Below the pieces are notes generated by a model. The model saw only the letters and a program-made list of their open reading frames with translations, was not told the DNA's origin and ran no database searches. A program made the position numbers and the translations under genes. Below are positions 1 to 9,293 of a stretch of 64,000 nt of DNA, piece after piece. The stretch spans positions 186,001 to 250,000 of IMG/VR virus record IMGVR_UViG_3300033049_000066; one strand, 5' to 3'. The number at the start of each line of letters is the position of its first letter. Positions within the stretch are counted from its first letter, which is position 1.

Positions 1-19
1 TTTAAAGTTGGAGAACGAC

Positions 20-268
20 ATGAGAGCTTATACTGTTACAACAAAAGAGACTGATGAAGATATTACTGACACAACAGTCGTTGGATTAACTTCGAGCAGA
101 AAAACTGCGATAAATGCCTGCGAAACTATACTTGCAAAAGTAGATGGTCCGGAGATTATAAAATGGCAGTGTAAAGATAAACATAACGGATATGCTGTTA
201 AAGGTGGTACGGTTGTATCGTACAGCATGTTTTTTGTTAATCAAATAGAAATGACTGAAGAAGTCTAA
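20..268 (+). CDS. hypothetical protein
   Basis: ORF; ATG at 20 preceded by GGAG. Confidence 0.6.
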   Translation: MRAYTVTTKETDEDITDTTVVGLTSSRKTAINACETILAKVDGPEIIKWQCKDKHNGYAVKGGTVVSYSMFFVNQIEMTEEV

Positions 269-294
269 TCGCAACAGGACGCCAAGAGGGCACA

Positions 295-1377
295 ATGAAA
301 GATTTATATACGAACTTATTAGCATTATCCGACAATGATGATACTCCATTTTATCATTCAGATCAAGTGCTATCAAATAATGAATTCTATCGAATTTTCA
401 GTTATCATTTTACTGATCGTGAATCTTGGCTGCTACCGAGTGCGTTGGAATCTCGCGGAATTATGTTCGAAACTACTGCAGATGGTGAGTTCATTCGCAT
501 CGCGTCACGCCCAATGCACAAGTTTTTCAATCACAATAGTCGGACTTTGCAAGGCGAGGTTGATTTCATCAACTACGGTACGCCAGCTTACGTCATGCAC
601 AAGGCGGATGGTTCGCTGATTAGCTCGTACTTAAACGCTAATGGGGAGATTTTATTAAAGTCCAAGACTAGCATCGGGTCGGACTATGCGCAGCTCGCGT
701 TGAAACTTTTGTTTGCTGACACGGCGATGTACGATTTTGTGAAGTGGTGTGAGGCGGATGGCTACACGGTGAATATGGAGTTGGTGTCGCCGGATCCGAA
801 ATTTCGAATTGTGCTACACTACCCGGAACCGCGGCTGATTGTGCTAAATGTGCGACAGCGTGAGAGTGGTGGGTACATGGATCCAAGGAGCATCCCTAAG
901 GAATTTTTCACAGGGTCGGCTGACGTCGGCGCTTTGCTCGAGCTTGACACGGTTACGAATTTGGAAGGCTACGTTGTGCTGGATGACAAGGGCAACTGGT
1001 GGAAGGAAAAAGCGGACTGGTACCTCGAGCGGCATCGTGCTAAGGATTTTGTAAACCAGCCTCTCGCTTTCGTCCAGCTGGTGTTGAAGGATGAGGCGGA
1101 TGATATTTTTACGTTGCTCGCGGATCAACCAGAGGTCTTGGCGGAGATGCAGGCGTTACAGCACAGTGTCATTACGGTCGCGAATGGGTATGTAAACACG
1201 GTGACAAAGTACTGGCAGGAAAACAAAGATTTATCACGCAAGGATTACGCAATCAAAGGTAAGGAAAATTTAGACTGGATGGAGTTCATGCTTGCGATGA
1301 AGTACTACTCAGGCACTGAGCCCGACTGGAATGAGTGCCTGCTAAAACAACTTAAGAAAATTAACTGGGATATTTAA
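295..1377 (+). CDS. rnl1: RNA ligase 1 (T4 gp63/Rnl1-like)
   Basis: Nucleotidyltransferase motif I HKADGSLI, RIASRPMHKFFN, MELVSP and EGYVV motifs typical of T4 Rnl1. Confidence 0.9.
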   Translation: MKDLYTNLLALSDNDDTPFYHSDQVLSNNEFYRIFSYHFTDRESWLLPSALESRGIMFETTADGEFIRIASRPMHKFFNHNSRTLQGEVDFINYGTPAYVMHKADGSLISSYLNANGEILLKSKTSIGSDYAQLALKLLFADTAMYDFVKWCEADGYTVNMELVSPDPKFRIVLHYPEPRLIVLNVRQRESGGYMDPRSIPKEFFTGSADVGALLELDTVTNLEGYVVLDDKGNWWKEKADWYLERHRAKDFVNQPLAFVQLVLKDEADDIFTLLADQPEVLAEMQALQHSVITVANGYVNTVTKYWQENKDLSRKDYAIKGKENLDWMEFMLAMKYYSGTEPDWNECLLKQLKKINWDI

Positions 1378-1383
1378 GAAATT

Positions 1384-2169
1384 ATGAAAATTCATTTAAC
1401 TAGCGACATGCACATCGAGATGGGGCAGTGGCAAAAACCAACAGTGAAGTCTGATGTCGTCATTGCCGCGGGCGATATTGGGCTCGTTAGCAATCTGCCC
1501 TTATTGAAGAAATACTTCGATGATCTTAGAAAAACTACAGATCATATAATCTACGTGTTAGGAAATCACGAATTTTACAATTATGATTATCCAGCGGTGA
1601 TTGACGAGGCTGCGGATTTTGCGAAGGAAGAAGGCATACATTTCTTAGAGGAAAGTATCGGCACCGATAACTTGGTGCTGGATGGCGTTACCTTCTGGGG
1701 TAGCACATTGTGGACGGACCTTAAAGGTGGGGATCGTGACGTCATGCGGCGTGTTGGGTACGGAATGAATGATTTCCGCATTATCACCAATTCTACGAAA
1801 GGTGACGGTTTTCCATTTACCGCCCATGATTCAATTCTTATCAACGAGCGTACGCGCGAGAAAATCAACTGGGATGCTGATGTTGTGATTACGCACCATC
1901 ACCCGTTGCTGCGGTTGCATAAGAATTTTCCGATGAGCGACATTACCTACGGATTTTGTAACACTGGGCTCGAGGATAAGATCCGAGATTCAGATGTAAA
2001 ACTTTTTGTATTTGGTCATACGCATGATTCGACTGATGAAGATCTTGACGGCACACGAGTGGTTAGTAACCAGCAAGGTTATCCTCGTCGTGATTGGCAT
2101 ACTGGTGAAATAACTTATGAGAATGCTGGATTTAACCCTGGATTAATAATCGAAGTTGATCCAAAATAG
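1384..2169 (+). CDS. calcineurin-like metallophosphoesterase
   Basis: SDMH, AGDIG, GNHEFY and GHTH metal-binding motifs. Confidence 0.9.
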   Translation: MKIHLTSDMHIEMGQWQKPTVKSDVVIAAGDIGLVSNLPLLKKYFDDLRKTTDHIIYVLGNHEFYNYDYPAVIDEAADFAKEEGIHFLEESIGTDNLVLDGVTFWGSTLWTDLKGGDRDVMRRVGYGMNDFRIITNSTKGDGFPFTAHDSILINERTREKINWDADVVITHHHPLLRLHKNFPMSDITYGFCNTGLEDKIRDSDVKLFVFGHTHDSTDEDLDGTRVVSNQQGYPRRDWHTGEITYENAGFNPGLIIEVDPK

Positions 2170-2201
2170 AGGTTGACTGCTATCCTGTAAGCTGTTATAA
2201 T
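2163..2201 (+). promoter_or_regulatory. early sigma70-type promoter
   Basis: AAAATAGAGG-TTGACT(2173-2178), 17 nt, TATAAT(2196-2201). Confidence 0.85.
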
Positions 2202-2231
2202 TACGTTGTAAAATAATATTTGGATGAGAAA

Positions 2232-3095
2232 ATGCAAGAAATAATCATAACTGTTGGACTTCCAGCAAGTGGCAAGACAATGTGGACAAACGAGTGGATT
2301 GATACTCACCCCGAGTACGTGAATGTGAATCGTGATGACATCCGGCTTGCGCTGCAGGGGCGGAAACGCTACAATAAATTTTCTAAGTGGCGTGAGAACG
2401 CTGTATCTGCGATTGCGCTAGAGACTGTACACATCGCGCTTAGATATGGAAAATCTGTGATTCTGTCAGACACGAATCTGAACCCCGGCAGGAACGCCAA
2501 CTGGAAGAAGTTTGCGAAGAGTGAAGGGGTCGGGTATCGCGAAGAATTATTTACAGACGTTCATCTTGGCGTCTGCCTCGATCGTGACGCTCGGCGTGAA
2601 TTTCCTGTGGGGCAGCGTGTCATCACTGGCATGTTCGAGAGAGGCCGTGGCGTTTGGTTCCCAGAGATTCCAGTGTACGATAACATGCTCCCGGACTGTT
2701 ACCTGTGTGACATCGACGGTACAATAGCACAGATGAACGGTCGTGGTCCGTATGAATGGATGAAGGTTGATACTGACCTGCCCAAGAAAAATATAATATC
2801 CGTCGTGAATGCCCTCGCTCTGCACTCACAGATAATTATGCTTAGCGGTCGTGACGGTAGCTGCAAGGATCTCTCGGTGGCGTGGATGCAGGATAATGGC
2901 GTTAATTATCATGATTTTTTCATACGCCCAGCAGGCGATTCTCGCAAGGATACCCTGATTAAGGAAGAAATATACAATCAACATATCAAAGGTAAGTATA
3001 ATGTACTCGGTGTGTTTGACGATCGTGACCAAGTTGTACACATGTGGAGACACCTGGGGCTAGATGTCTTCCAAGTAAATTATGGAGCATTTTAA
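2232..3095 (+). CDS. pseT: polynucleotide 5'-kinase / 3'-phosphatase (Pnkp)
   Basis: P-loop GLPASGKT, NRDDIR, HAD motif DIDGTIA, SGR, RKD and FDDR; start taken at ATG 2232. Confidence 0.93.
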   Translation: MQEIIITVGLPASGKTMWTNEWIDTHPEYVNVNRDDIRLALQGRKRYNKFSKWRENAVSAIALETVHIALRYGKSVILSDTNLNPGRNANWKKFAKSEGVGYREELFTDVHLGVCLDRDARREFPVGQRVITGMFERGRGVWFPEIPVYDNMLPDCYLCDIDGTIAQMNGRGPYEWMKVDTDLPKKNIISVVNALALHSQIIMLSGRDGSCKDLSVAWMQDNGVNYHDFFIRPAGDSRKDTLIKEEIYNQHIKGKYNVLGVFDDRDQVVHMWRHLGLDVFQVNYGAF

Positions 3096-3096
3096 T

Positions 3097-3477
3097 ATGG
3101 CATATAGCGAAAACGTGTTGGATCACTACAATAATCCAAGAAATGTAGGCAACATGGACGATGCTGATGATGTTGGCACCGGGATGGTAGGTGCGCCAGC
3201 TTGCGGAGATGTGATGCGATTACAGATAAGAGTCGATCATGGCATCATTAAGGACGCGGTTTTTAAGACATACGGATGCGGCAGTGCTATTGCGTCCAGT
3301 TCTTTGCTAACTGAGCTAGTAAAAGGCAAGACGTTGGGTGAGGCCGGGCAAATCAAAAATACCGATTTAGCGGACGAACTCGCTTTGCCCCCGGTAAAAA
3401 TACATTGTTCGGTACTAGCGGAAGATGCTATCAAAGCTGCTATCACTGATTATCAAAGTAAACACCCGGAGGAATAA
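3097..3477 (+). CDS. iscU: Fe-S cluster assembly scaffold IscU
   Basis: MAYSENVLDHYNNPRNVG, GAPACGDVM, KTYGCGSAIAS, LPPVKIHC; all three conserved Cys present. Confidence 0.95.
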   Translation: MAYSENVLDHYNNPRNVGNMDDADDVGTGMVGAPACGDVMRLQIRVDHGIIKDAVFKTYGCGSAIASSSLLTELVKGKTLGEAGQIKNTDLADELALPPVKIHCSVLAEDAIKAAITDYQSKHPEE

Positions 3478-3695
3478 TGCGCGAGACACTTGAAGTAATC
3501 GGATTTTGCGCGATAATTATCGCAATCGTAGGCGTTGTTCTGCTAGTTGCGTCGACGCCATTCGCCCTTTTAGGATGGGCCGTGGCGATGTTCATCGGAA
3601 TGTTTGTCGCCATCACTGTAACGTATTTTCAATGTGTTGGCATCGGTATCATTACTGGAATTATAATTAATTTAACAAGGTTAACATTACCATGA
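3477..3695 (+). CDS. small membrane protein
   Basis: 72 aa, almost entirely hydrophobic; overlaps the flanking stop and start codons. Confidence 0.65.
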   Translation: MRETLEVIGFCAIIIAIVGVVLLVASTPFALLGWAVAMFIGMFVAITVTYFQCVGIGIITGIIINLTRLTLP

Positions 3696-4642
3696 AATTT
3701 AAAAAGTTCAATGATATTGAAAATCACTACCGTGAAAAATACATTGCAATTCTAAAAGAGCACGGGTTTGATAAAAATGTTCGCTGGATCGCGCATGAGA
3801 AGATTCATGGCGCGAACTTCTCATTTCTGTGTGACGGTAGGGACATTGAGATTTCATCACGTAATAATATCGTGGATGGTAAGTTCTATCATTGCCAGGC
3901 TGTAGTCGACAGATACAGTACAGGAATTTTAAATTTAAAAAGATGCGAGTACCCCAACGCTGAACAGATTCAGGTGTACGGGGAATTGTTTGGGCCTGGA
4001 ATACAGTCCGGGATTGACTACGGCCCTGAGAAAGAATTTATGGCCTTTGACCTTGTAGTTGATGGGAAGGCGGTCGCCTACGAAGTTGCCAAGGCACAGA
4101 TTGAAGGCTATGGTCTCAAGTACGTTCCGACGCTCCGTGAGTTCAAGTCACTTAGTGATGGACTAGCTCTCTCGAGCATTTTCATTTCGTCGGTCGCGGA
4201 GGCTCTGTACGGTGCTGAAAATATCTGCCAGTACCGGTTGGGCGATAACGATGCCGAAGGTTTTGTTCTCAAGCCGCTAGGCGAGCCCTTGTACTTAAAC
4301 AATGGCAGTCGGGTCATGATAAAAAGTAAGGCACCGAAATTCGCCGAGAAGAAACAACGGAAGCCCAGAGAGGAAGGTGTAGAAAATTCCTTCATTCCAA
4401 TTGTTTCCCAGTATGTAACCCATAACCGGCTTGCTGCTGTGCTCAGCAAGGAAGGCGAGCTTGGACCAAAGGATTTTGGCCGAGTTATAAGACTGATGGC
4501 AGACGACGTTTTAAAAGATATGATAAAAGACGAGGACCTCCCTGCTGACTGGAAGAAACAAGACGAATTTAAACCCGTCGGTAAGGCCGTCAGTCAAGTC
4601 GTTTCAGCTTTTCTTAAAGAACATTTGTTGCCAAAGCTATAA
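3692..4642 (+). CDS. rnl2: RNA ligase 2 (T4 Rnl2-like)
   Basis: Motif I HEKIHGANFS, YGELFG, FMAFDL, EGFVLK, IKSK..KFAE, plus C-terminal domain YVTHNRL. Confidence 0.9.
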   Translation: MKFKKFNDIENHYREKYIAILKEHGFDKNVRWIAHEKIHGANFSFLCDGRDIEISSRNNIVDGKFYHCQAVVDRYSTGILNLKRCEYPNAEQIQVYGELFGPGIQSGIDYGPEKEFMAFDLVVDGKAVAYEVAKAQIEGYGLKYVPTLREFKSLSDGLALSSIFISSVAEALYGAENICQYRLGDNDAEGFVLKPLGEPLYLNNGSRVMIKSKAPKFAEKKQRKPREEGVENSFIPIVSQYVTHNRLAAVLSKEGELGPKDFGRVIRLMADDVLKDMIKDEDLPADWKKQDEFKPVGKAVSQVVSAFLKEHLLPKL

Positions 4643-4645
4643 ATA
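4638..4645 (+). promoter_or_regulatory. T4-type late promoter TATAAATA
   Basis: Exact T4 late consensus upstream of AGGAG and ATG 4664. Confidence 0.65.
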
Positions 4646-4663
4646 TATATTTAGGAGCGACAA

Positions 4664-4984
4664 ATGCACAACATAAAAATTGAGGTTGATAAGTCAATTG
4701 ACTTATCTGGCGCGAGCAAGCGTGGCACTCTCACTACAACGTTTAATAAACTAGTAGAAAGATTTGGTCCGCCAACAAAAACTGGCACTGGAGACACATT
4801 CAACGAGTGGGCAATACAATTTCAAGTGCCGGATGAGGATGATTTTGATTATGTAATTGCTAGCATCTATGATTATCACGAAGAATCAAATCCCGCAGAA
4901 AATCCGTCACGTATCGTTACCTTCATGATTGGTGGGTTCGGATTTGAAGCTTCCTATCAAGTACATCACGTCGTGGCAAGTTAG
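4664..4984 (+). CDS. hypothetical protein
   Basis: ORF with strong AGGAG Shine-Dalgarno. Confidence 0.7.
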   Translation: MHNIKIEVDKSIDLSGASKRGTLTTTFNKLVERFGPPTKTGTGDTFNEWAIQFQVPDEDDFDYVIASIYDYHEESNPAENPSRIVTFMIGGFGFEASYQVHHVVAS

Positions 4985-5024
4985 TGCAGGTATTCATCTT
5001 AATAACCAAAATCTCATTCATTTG

Positions 5025-5032
5025 CATAAATA
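5025..5032 (+). promoter_or_regulatory. late promoter CATAAATA
   Basis: TAAATA core in AT-rich spacer upstream of 5066. Confidence 0.55.
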
Positions 5033-5065
5033 CCTATATTAATATAATATAATATAGGAACAACG

Positions 5066-5431
5066 ATGGCAATTGTAGATAAAAAATTAGATAAATTAGA
5101 TGAGCGACTCCGAGATATTGAGAGCTCTCTCGCTACCCTGTCGTCAGAGATTACTATCATTACAAAAAACTTAAAAGAAAACATGACTCGCGACCAGTCG
5201 GATGTCCTCGGTCGGATTGGCGGTTTGCGAGTTGATATGAAGGATAATGATTTAACACTAACAAATGATCTTAAATCACTTGAGGAAAAGGTAGGCAAGT
5301 TATACGTGTCACACGGGTGTGACCAACATCGTATTAAATTTAATGAAAAATTCCTTTGGGTTTTTCTCACTGGCATCGCGTCAGCTGGGTTCTTTTTACT
5401 ACAGAATTTTCTTAAATCTGGAGGATCGTAA
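5066..5431 (+). CDS. coiled-coil protein with C-terminal transmembrane helix (holin-like)
   Basis: Heptad-like N-terminus, C-terminal FLWVFLTGIASAGFFLL; holin role is inference only. Confidence 0.5.
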   Translation: MAIVDKKLDKLDERLRDIESSLATLSSEITIITKNLKENMTRDQSDVLGRIGGLRVDMKDNDLTLTNDLKSLEEKVGKLYVSHGCDQHRIKFNEKFLWVFLTGIASAGFFLLQNFLKSGGS

Positions 5432-5432
5432 A

Positions 5433-5804
5433 ATGGAAACATTCGCACCGTACATTACAGCAATTACCGCAGCAGTTGTAATAATGGCATTATTATGGAT
5501 CGGCAAACAAACGAAAAGAATAGACTCTGTACATTTTCTCTTTGGGTCTGGAATAATGCTTTATGTAATATATCATTTTTATGCAGTTAGTACCGGTGAT
5601 ATATTCACCCCAACATACATCATAATTAGCAACCTCTTTATCGCGTCAGTCGCACTTGCAAATGCATATTATAGTACATGCGTCTCAGTTAAGAACATAG
5701 TAACAATTAGATCTTGTCGAAGAAAAGTCAACACGCACAAACTTGTTGGCGAACGCCGAGCCAAACATTCGCATACATTGTTTTCAGAAAGTCTCAAACA
5801 GTAA
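5433..5804 (+). CDS. membrane protein (about 3 TM) with basic C-terminus
   Basis: GGAGG SD before ATG 5433; three hydrophobic segments. Confidence 0.6.
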   Translation: METFAPYITAITAAVVIMALLWIGKQTKRIDSVHFLFGSGIMLYVIYHFYAVSTGDIFTPTYIIISNLFIASVALANAYYSTCVSVKNIVTIRSCRRKVNTHKLVGERRAKHSHTLFSESLKQ

Positions 5805-5808
5805 CGAT

Positions 5809-6231
5809 ATGAAACCATTTATATACAATGCAATTATCGATCGGGTCGTTGACGGCGATACAGTAGACGTAGACATTGATTTAGGGTTTGGCATCTGGAT
5901 GAAGAAGCAGCGTATCCGATTGTTAGGTGTTGATACACCTGAATGTAGGACACGTGATGATCTTGAAAAACAATTTGGTCTTCTTGCAAAATCAATTGTT
6001 GAAGCATTTTGCCCAGTTGGTGAAAAAATACTAATTGAAACTAAATTAGACGAAAAAGGAAAATTTGGGCGAATTCTCGGTAATCTTTGGGTGGCTGATA
6101 ATGCTGTCAATTTAAACGAATTCTTAATAACTGAACGCTACGCTGTAGCCTACTCTGGGCAAAGCAAAGATGAGGTCATCGCAGCACATCTCGCAAACTA
6201 CGTATATCTCACCGAAAACGGTAAAATATAG
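5809..6231 (+). CDS. thermonuclease (SNase-like)
   Basis: RVVDGDT, IRLLGVDTPE, KFGRILG motifs. Confidence 0.9.
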   Translation: MKPFIYNAIIDRVVDGDTVDVDIDLGFGIWMKKQRIRLLGVDTPECRTRDDLEKQFGLLAKSIVEAFCPVGEKILIETKLDEKGKFGRILGNLWVADNAVNLNEFLITERYAVAYSGQSKDEVIAAHLANYVYLTENGKI

Positions 6232-6232
6232 G

Positions 6233-6261
6233 TTGACATTGCACTGCTAGTACTGTATACT
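6233..6261 (+). promoter_or_regulatory. early promoter
   Basis: AGG-TTGACA, 17 nt, TATACT. Confidence 0.8.
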
Positions 6262-6302
6262 AGTTCTATTAAATTAATAGTTCTATTAACCAGGAATATA
6301 GC

Positions 6303-6935
6303 ATGAAAGTAAAAATCGGAAAATATTCAATGTACTTAGGCCCCTATCAGGTGGTTGATTGGTTTAAGCCCATCTTTGGCGAAGACCGGATAGACAAATT
6401 CACCGACGGTGAATTCTTTGAGAAATGGTCGGAGAAATCAATGCCATTCTTTACTTGGCTTGATTCCAAGAAACATCGTAAAATTGAAATTAAAATCGAC
6501 AAATTTGACACCTGGGGCATGGACCATACGTTGGGCTTGATCGTCTTACCTATGCTCAAGCAGCTACAAGCGACCAAGCACGGTAGTGGTATGGTCGCCA
6601 ACGAAGACGTGCCTGAAGAATTACGCAGTACCAGTCTCAATCAGCACCAGGATCTTGACGATGATGATTTGCTACACGCTCGATGGGAGTGGGCCCTGGC
6701 AGAAATGATCTGGGCTTTTGAACAGATCGTAGACGATAACAACGAAGATCAGTTTCACACTGGGATTTCCGACCTTCAGTTCGTTGATCTAAATGACGGT
6801 AGCGGAATGAGCGAGATCGTTGCTGGGCCAAAAGACACTCATGTATTTCACAAAAAAGAATCAAAAGCGCATCACAAGCGCATCAATAATGGATTACTGC
6901 TTTTCGGCAAATATTTTAGAGACCTATGGGATTAA
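6303..6935 (+). CDS. hypothetical phage protein
   Basis: 210-aa ORF with AGGA SD; no motif I can assign. Confidence 0.8.
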   Translation: MKVKIGKYSMYLGPYQVVDWFKPIFGEDRIDKFTDGEFFEKWSEKSMPFFTWLDSKKHRKIEIKIDKFDTWGMDHTLGLIVLPMLKQLQATKHGSGMVANEDVPEELRSTSLNQHQDLDDDDLLHARWEWALAEMIWAFEQIVDDNNEDQFHTGISDLQFVDLNDGSGMSEIVAGPKDTHVFHKKESKAHHKRINNGLLLFGKYFRDLWD

Positions 6936-6937
6936 CT

Positions 6938-7153
6938 ATGGAAAATCAAACAACAGAGATAATAATTTGCGGTGCCTGCAACGGGGATGGAACCAAACAA
7001 AACCAAGAAATTGATGATTATCACAGATGTGAATACACCTACTGGACTACCGTTTGCGAATCCTGCAATGGCAGTGGTCGACTGTTAAAAACCATTACTG
7101 TTACAACAGCCGCATATTCTGATTCAACAACCGGTGACCTCATTGAGGAATAA
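6938..7153 (+). CDS. small protein with DnaJ-type CxxCxGxG zinc finger
   Basis: CGACNGDG and CESCNGSG. Confidence 0.7.
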   Translation: MENQTTEIIICGACNGDGTKQNQEIDDYHRCEYTYWTTVCESCNGSGRLLKTITVTTAAYSDSTTGDLIEE

Positions 7154-7175
7154 CTTCAAAACGGTAAAATTTAGG

Positions 7176-7204
7176 TTGACCTCTATAGCTAACTATCGTA
7201 TAAT
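7176..7204 (+). promoter_or_regulatory. early promoter
   Basis: AGG-TTGACC, 17 nt, TATAAT. Confidence 0.85.
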
Positions 7205-7238
7205 AGTTACATAAATTAATAAACAGGCGTAAGAAATA

Positions 7239-7523
7239 ATGATAGTTCGAATTACAAATCGTGGCAATCAGCATTACGGATATTATGGGGTTGTGTACGA
7301 AATGTCAACTTCACACAAAAAACATATGATTTTGCTAATAGCCGATGAAGAAGGCAGACCGTGTATAACAAATGGAAGTGCAGGCACAAATGAGTTTGAA
7401 TTGGATACTTGGTTTGCTCCAAATGGTGTGCCGCATTTTATATCGCGATTAGAAAAATTAGCCCAGGATGGGCACAAATTCCAAACAATCCAGCAATTAT
7501 TAAACGAGGATGACACGCAATGA
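7239..7523 (+). CDS. hypothetical protein
   Basis: ORF directly after early promoter. Confidence 0.65.
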   Translation: MIVRITNRGNQHYGYYGVVYEMSTSHKKHMILLIADEEGRPCITNGSAGTNEFELDTWFAPNGVPHFISRLEKLAQDGHKFQTIQQLLNEDDTQ

Positions 7524-7732
7524 ATATTCTATATAAAATTTTTGATGGTGAAACAAATTCTAATGGTGACAAGCGGGTTAGTCGAGCTGCGGTTATCGGT
7601 TTGCTAGTTCCGTCGGTAATATTAATGGCGGTTCTGTTAGTTATAGTTGCTGCGGCGGTTGCGTGTATTTCACCACTTCTGCTAATACGAAATTTCAAAT
7701 CAAAGAGAAATCTCACTCGGTATCAGCATTAA
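7520..7732 (+). CDS. small membrane protein
   Basis: Long hydrophobic stretch; ATGA overlap with upstream gene. Confidence 0.6.
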   Translation: MNILYKIFDGETNSNGDKRVSRAAVIGLLVPSVILMAVLLVIVAAAVACISPLLLIRNFKSKRNLTRYQH

Positions 7733-7759
7733 TAAACTTAATAACTCAACGGAGACATC

Positions 7760-7978
7760 ATGGCTATTACAAAAATCGGTCTTGAAGAAGTAGACAAAGC
7801 ACTGCTTGAGGCTAAAAAAGGCCTTGCGCTGGCTGAAAATCAGCTTAAAAAGGCACAGCGAAAAGTGGTCCGGCTCGAGAAATGTAGCAAGTGCTCACAC
7901 GAGAATCTCGAAAATATCGACACTCACATATATGCCCAAGCGCAATGTAACGATTGCGGCTTCATCTGGACAGACTAA
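7760..7978 (+). CDS. small coiled-coil / zinc-ribbon protein
   Basis: GGAG SD; CSKC and CNDC. Confidence 0.65.
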   Translation: MAITKIGLEEVDKALLEAKKGLALAENQLKKAQRKVVRLEKCSKCSHENLENIDTHIYAQAQCNDCGFIWTD

Positions 7979-8235
7979 TGCAGACTGATCAAAAGTACAG
8001 TCACATTAAAATCTGCCCAATAACTGGCGATCAACTCACTGAGGATGATGTATATCGTACCAACGGCGTTTGTCCGCAATGCGGCGATGCTAGCCAGTTT
8101 GTAACTCACTACACAAAAATCGTCGGGCGGTGGAGAAGACCATCGCTATTTGAACGAATCGTACAGAAAAAAGAATTAAAATTTTTCCGCAAAAGTGAGG
8201 AGGATGGCGTATGGCAAAAACTACAGCAAACTTAA
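7978..8235 (+). CDS. small zinc-finger-like protein
   Basis: CPITG and CPQCG; TAATG overlap. Confidence 0.6.
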   Translation: MQTDQKYSHIKICPITGDQLTEDDVYRTNGVCPQCGDASQFVTHYTKIVGRWRRPSLFERIVQKKELKFFRKSEEDGVWQKLQQT

Positions 8236-8435
8236 GATACCAAGTAATTTTATCTGAAGAAATGACCCAGAAGTGGGAGTTTAATTTTGAGATTTTTATA
8301 CCTTCAATAGCCGACGCGCTGTCGGGTTTTTGGTTAAATGCGGCTCAAGAATTCACACGTGGTGAGGATTGCGTGATTTGGGTCGCGCCTGCGCAGATTA
8401 TGTTTGTTAAGAAAATTAAAAATGACAAAAATTGA
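8211..8435 (+). CDS. hypothetical protein
   Basis: GAGGAGGA SD upstream of ATG. Confidence 0.6.
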   Translation: MAKTTANLRYQVILSEEMTQKWEFNFEIFIPSIADALSGFWLNAAQEFTRGEDCVIWVAPAQIMFVKKIKNDKN

Positions 8436-8694
8436 ACTAATGCAGCAGAGAAAATCGCGGCGCGAAATCTTGAAAATTCAGCTCAGAAAATGTAATCACT
8501 TTCAGCAAGTCCTGTTCGTGCGTATGTATGGGCCGGCAGAACAGCGTACTGACAAATTCATGTACGATCCAGATATGCTCGCAAAGTACCATCTTAGCGA
8601 AATTATAGACAAAATGCCAAGCGAGCAATTACCACACGCCATCGTGCAAGTTGCGCGAACTATCGAGAAAAATGATGCCAAAAAGAACAACTAG
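8422..8694 (+). CDS. hypothetical protein
   Basis: Fills the tightly packed gene array. Confidence 0.55.
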   Translation: MTKIELMQQRKSRREILKIQLRKCNHFQQVLFVRMYGPAEQRTDKFMYDPDMLAKYHLSEIIDKMPSEQLPHAIVQVARTIEKNDAKKNN

Positions 8695-8695
8695 A

Positions 8696-8878
8696 ATGGT
8701 AAACGAATGCCAATGTAAAAATTGTGGGATCATACACCTACTTGGGCAAACTTTTAACGGTCGACGCTGCTGTAATCGGCCAAATCCGGTAATATTCGGC
8801 ATGCGGGAGATAGTCGAGTATAGACAAACTCATGAAGAAGAACAGGCAGAAGTTCTCGATAAAATGATGCGGAAATAG
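8696..8878 (+). CDS. small Cys-rich hypothetical protein
   Basis: CQCKNCG and RCCN; start uncertain (8672 or 8696). Confidence 0.45.
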   Translation: MVNECQCKNCGIIHLLGQTFNGRRCCNRPNPVIFGMREIVEYRQTHEEEQAEVLDKMMRK

Positions 8879-8882
8879 GATT

Positions 8883-9122
8883 ATGCCAAGCTGGAACGAT
8901 AATTCAAACATTGCGACCGATTTCGTCAGAAAGGTTAAATTTAAATTTGATACTGACCAAGGCCCAGGCGATGTTACATTAATGATAAACAGAGGTATTA
9001 CTATTGAGTTCGCAAAGAAACAACTGCTAACAGTGTTCGGTAGTCATTACAATACAATCAGCATTTCCGGATACGAAATTCTCGATTATATTGCTGAGAA
9101 TGACGATGATCGTACACACTAA
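8883..9122 (+). CDS. hypothetical protein
   Basis: AGGA SD. Confidence 0.6.
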   Translation: MPSWNDNSNIATDFVRKVKFKFDTDQGPGDVTLMINRGITIEFAKKQLLTVFGSHYNTISISGYEILDYIAENDDDRTH

Positions 9123-9293
9123 AGGCACTGGCACACTAACCGCGCAAAACTCGGCATTTAAAATTCAATTGATTTCTCTTTATAAAACAATAACTTAGCA
9201 CACCACATAAAATATTAACCGTAACGATTTCAATGACTTATAAAAATCCTAGTGAAAAGATGGCAGAAATGGCACGATATTTAAAATTAGAGG

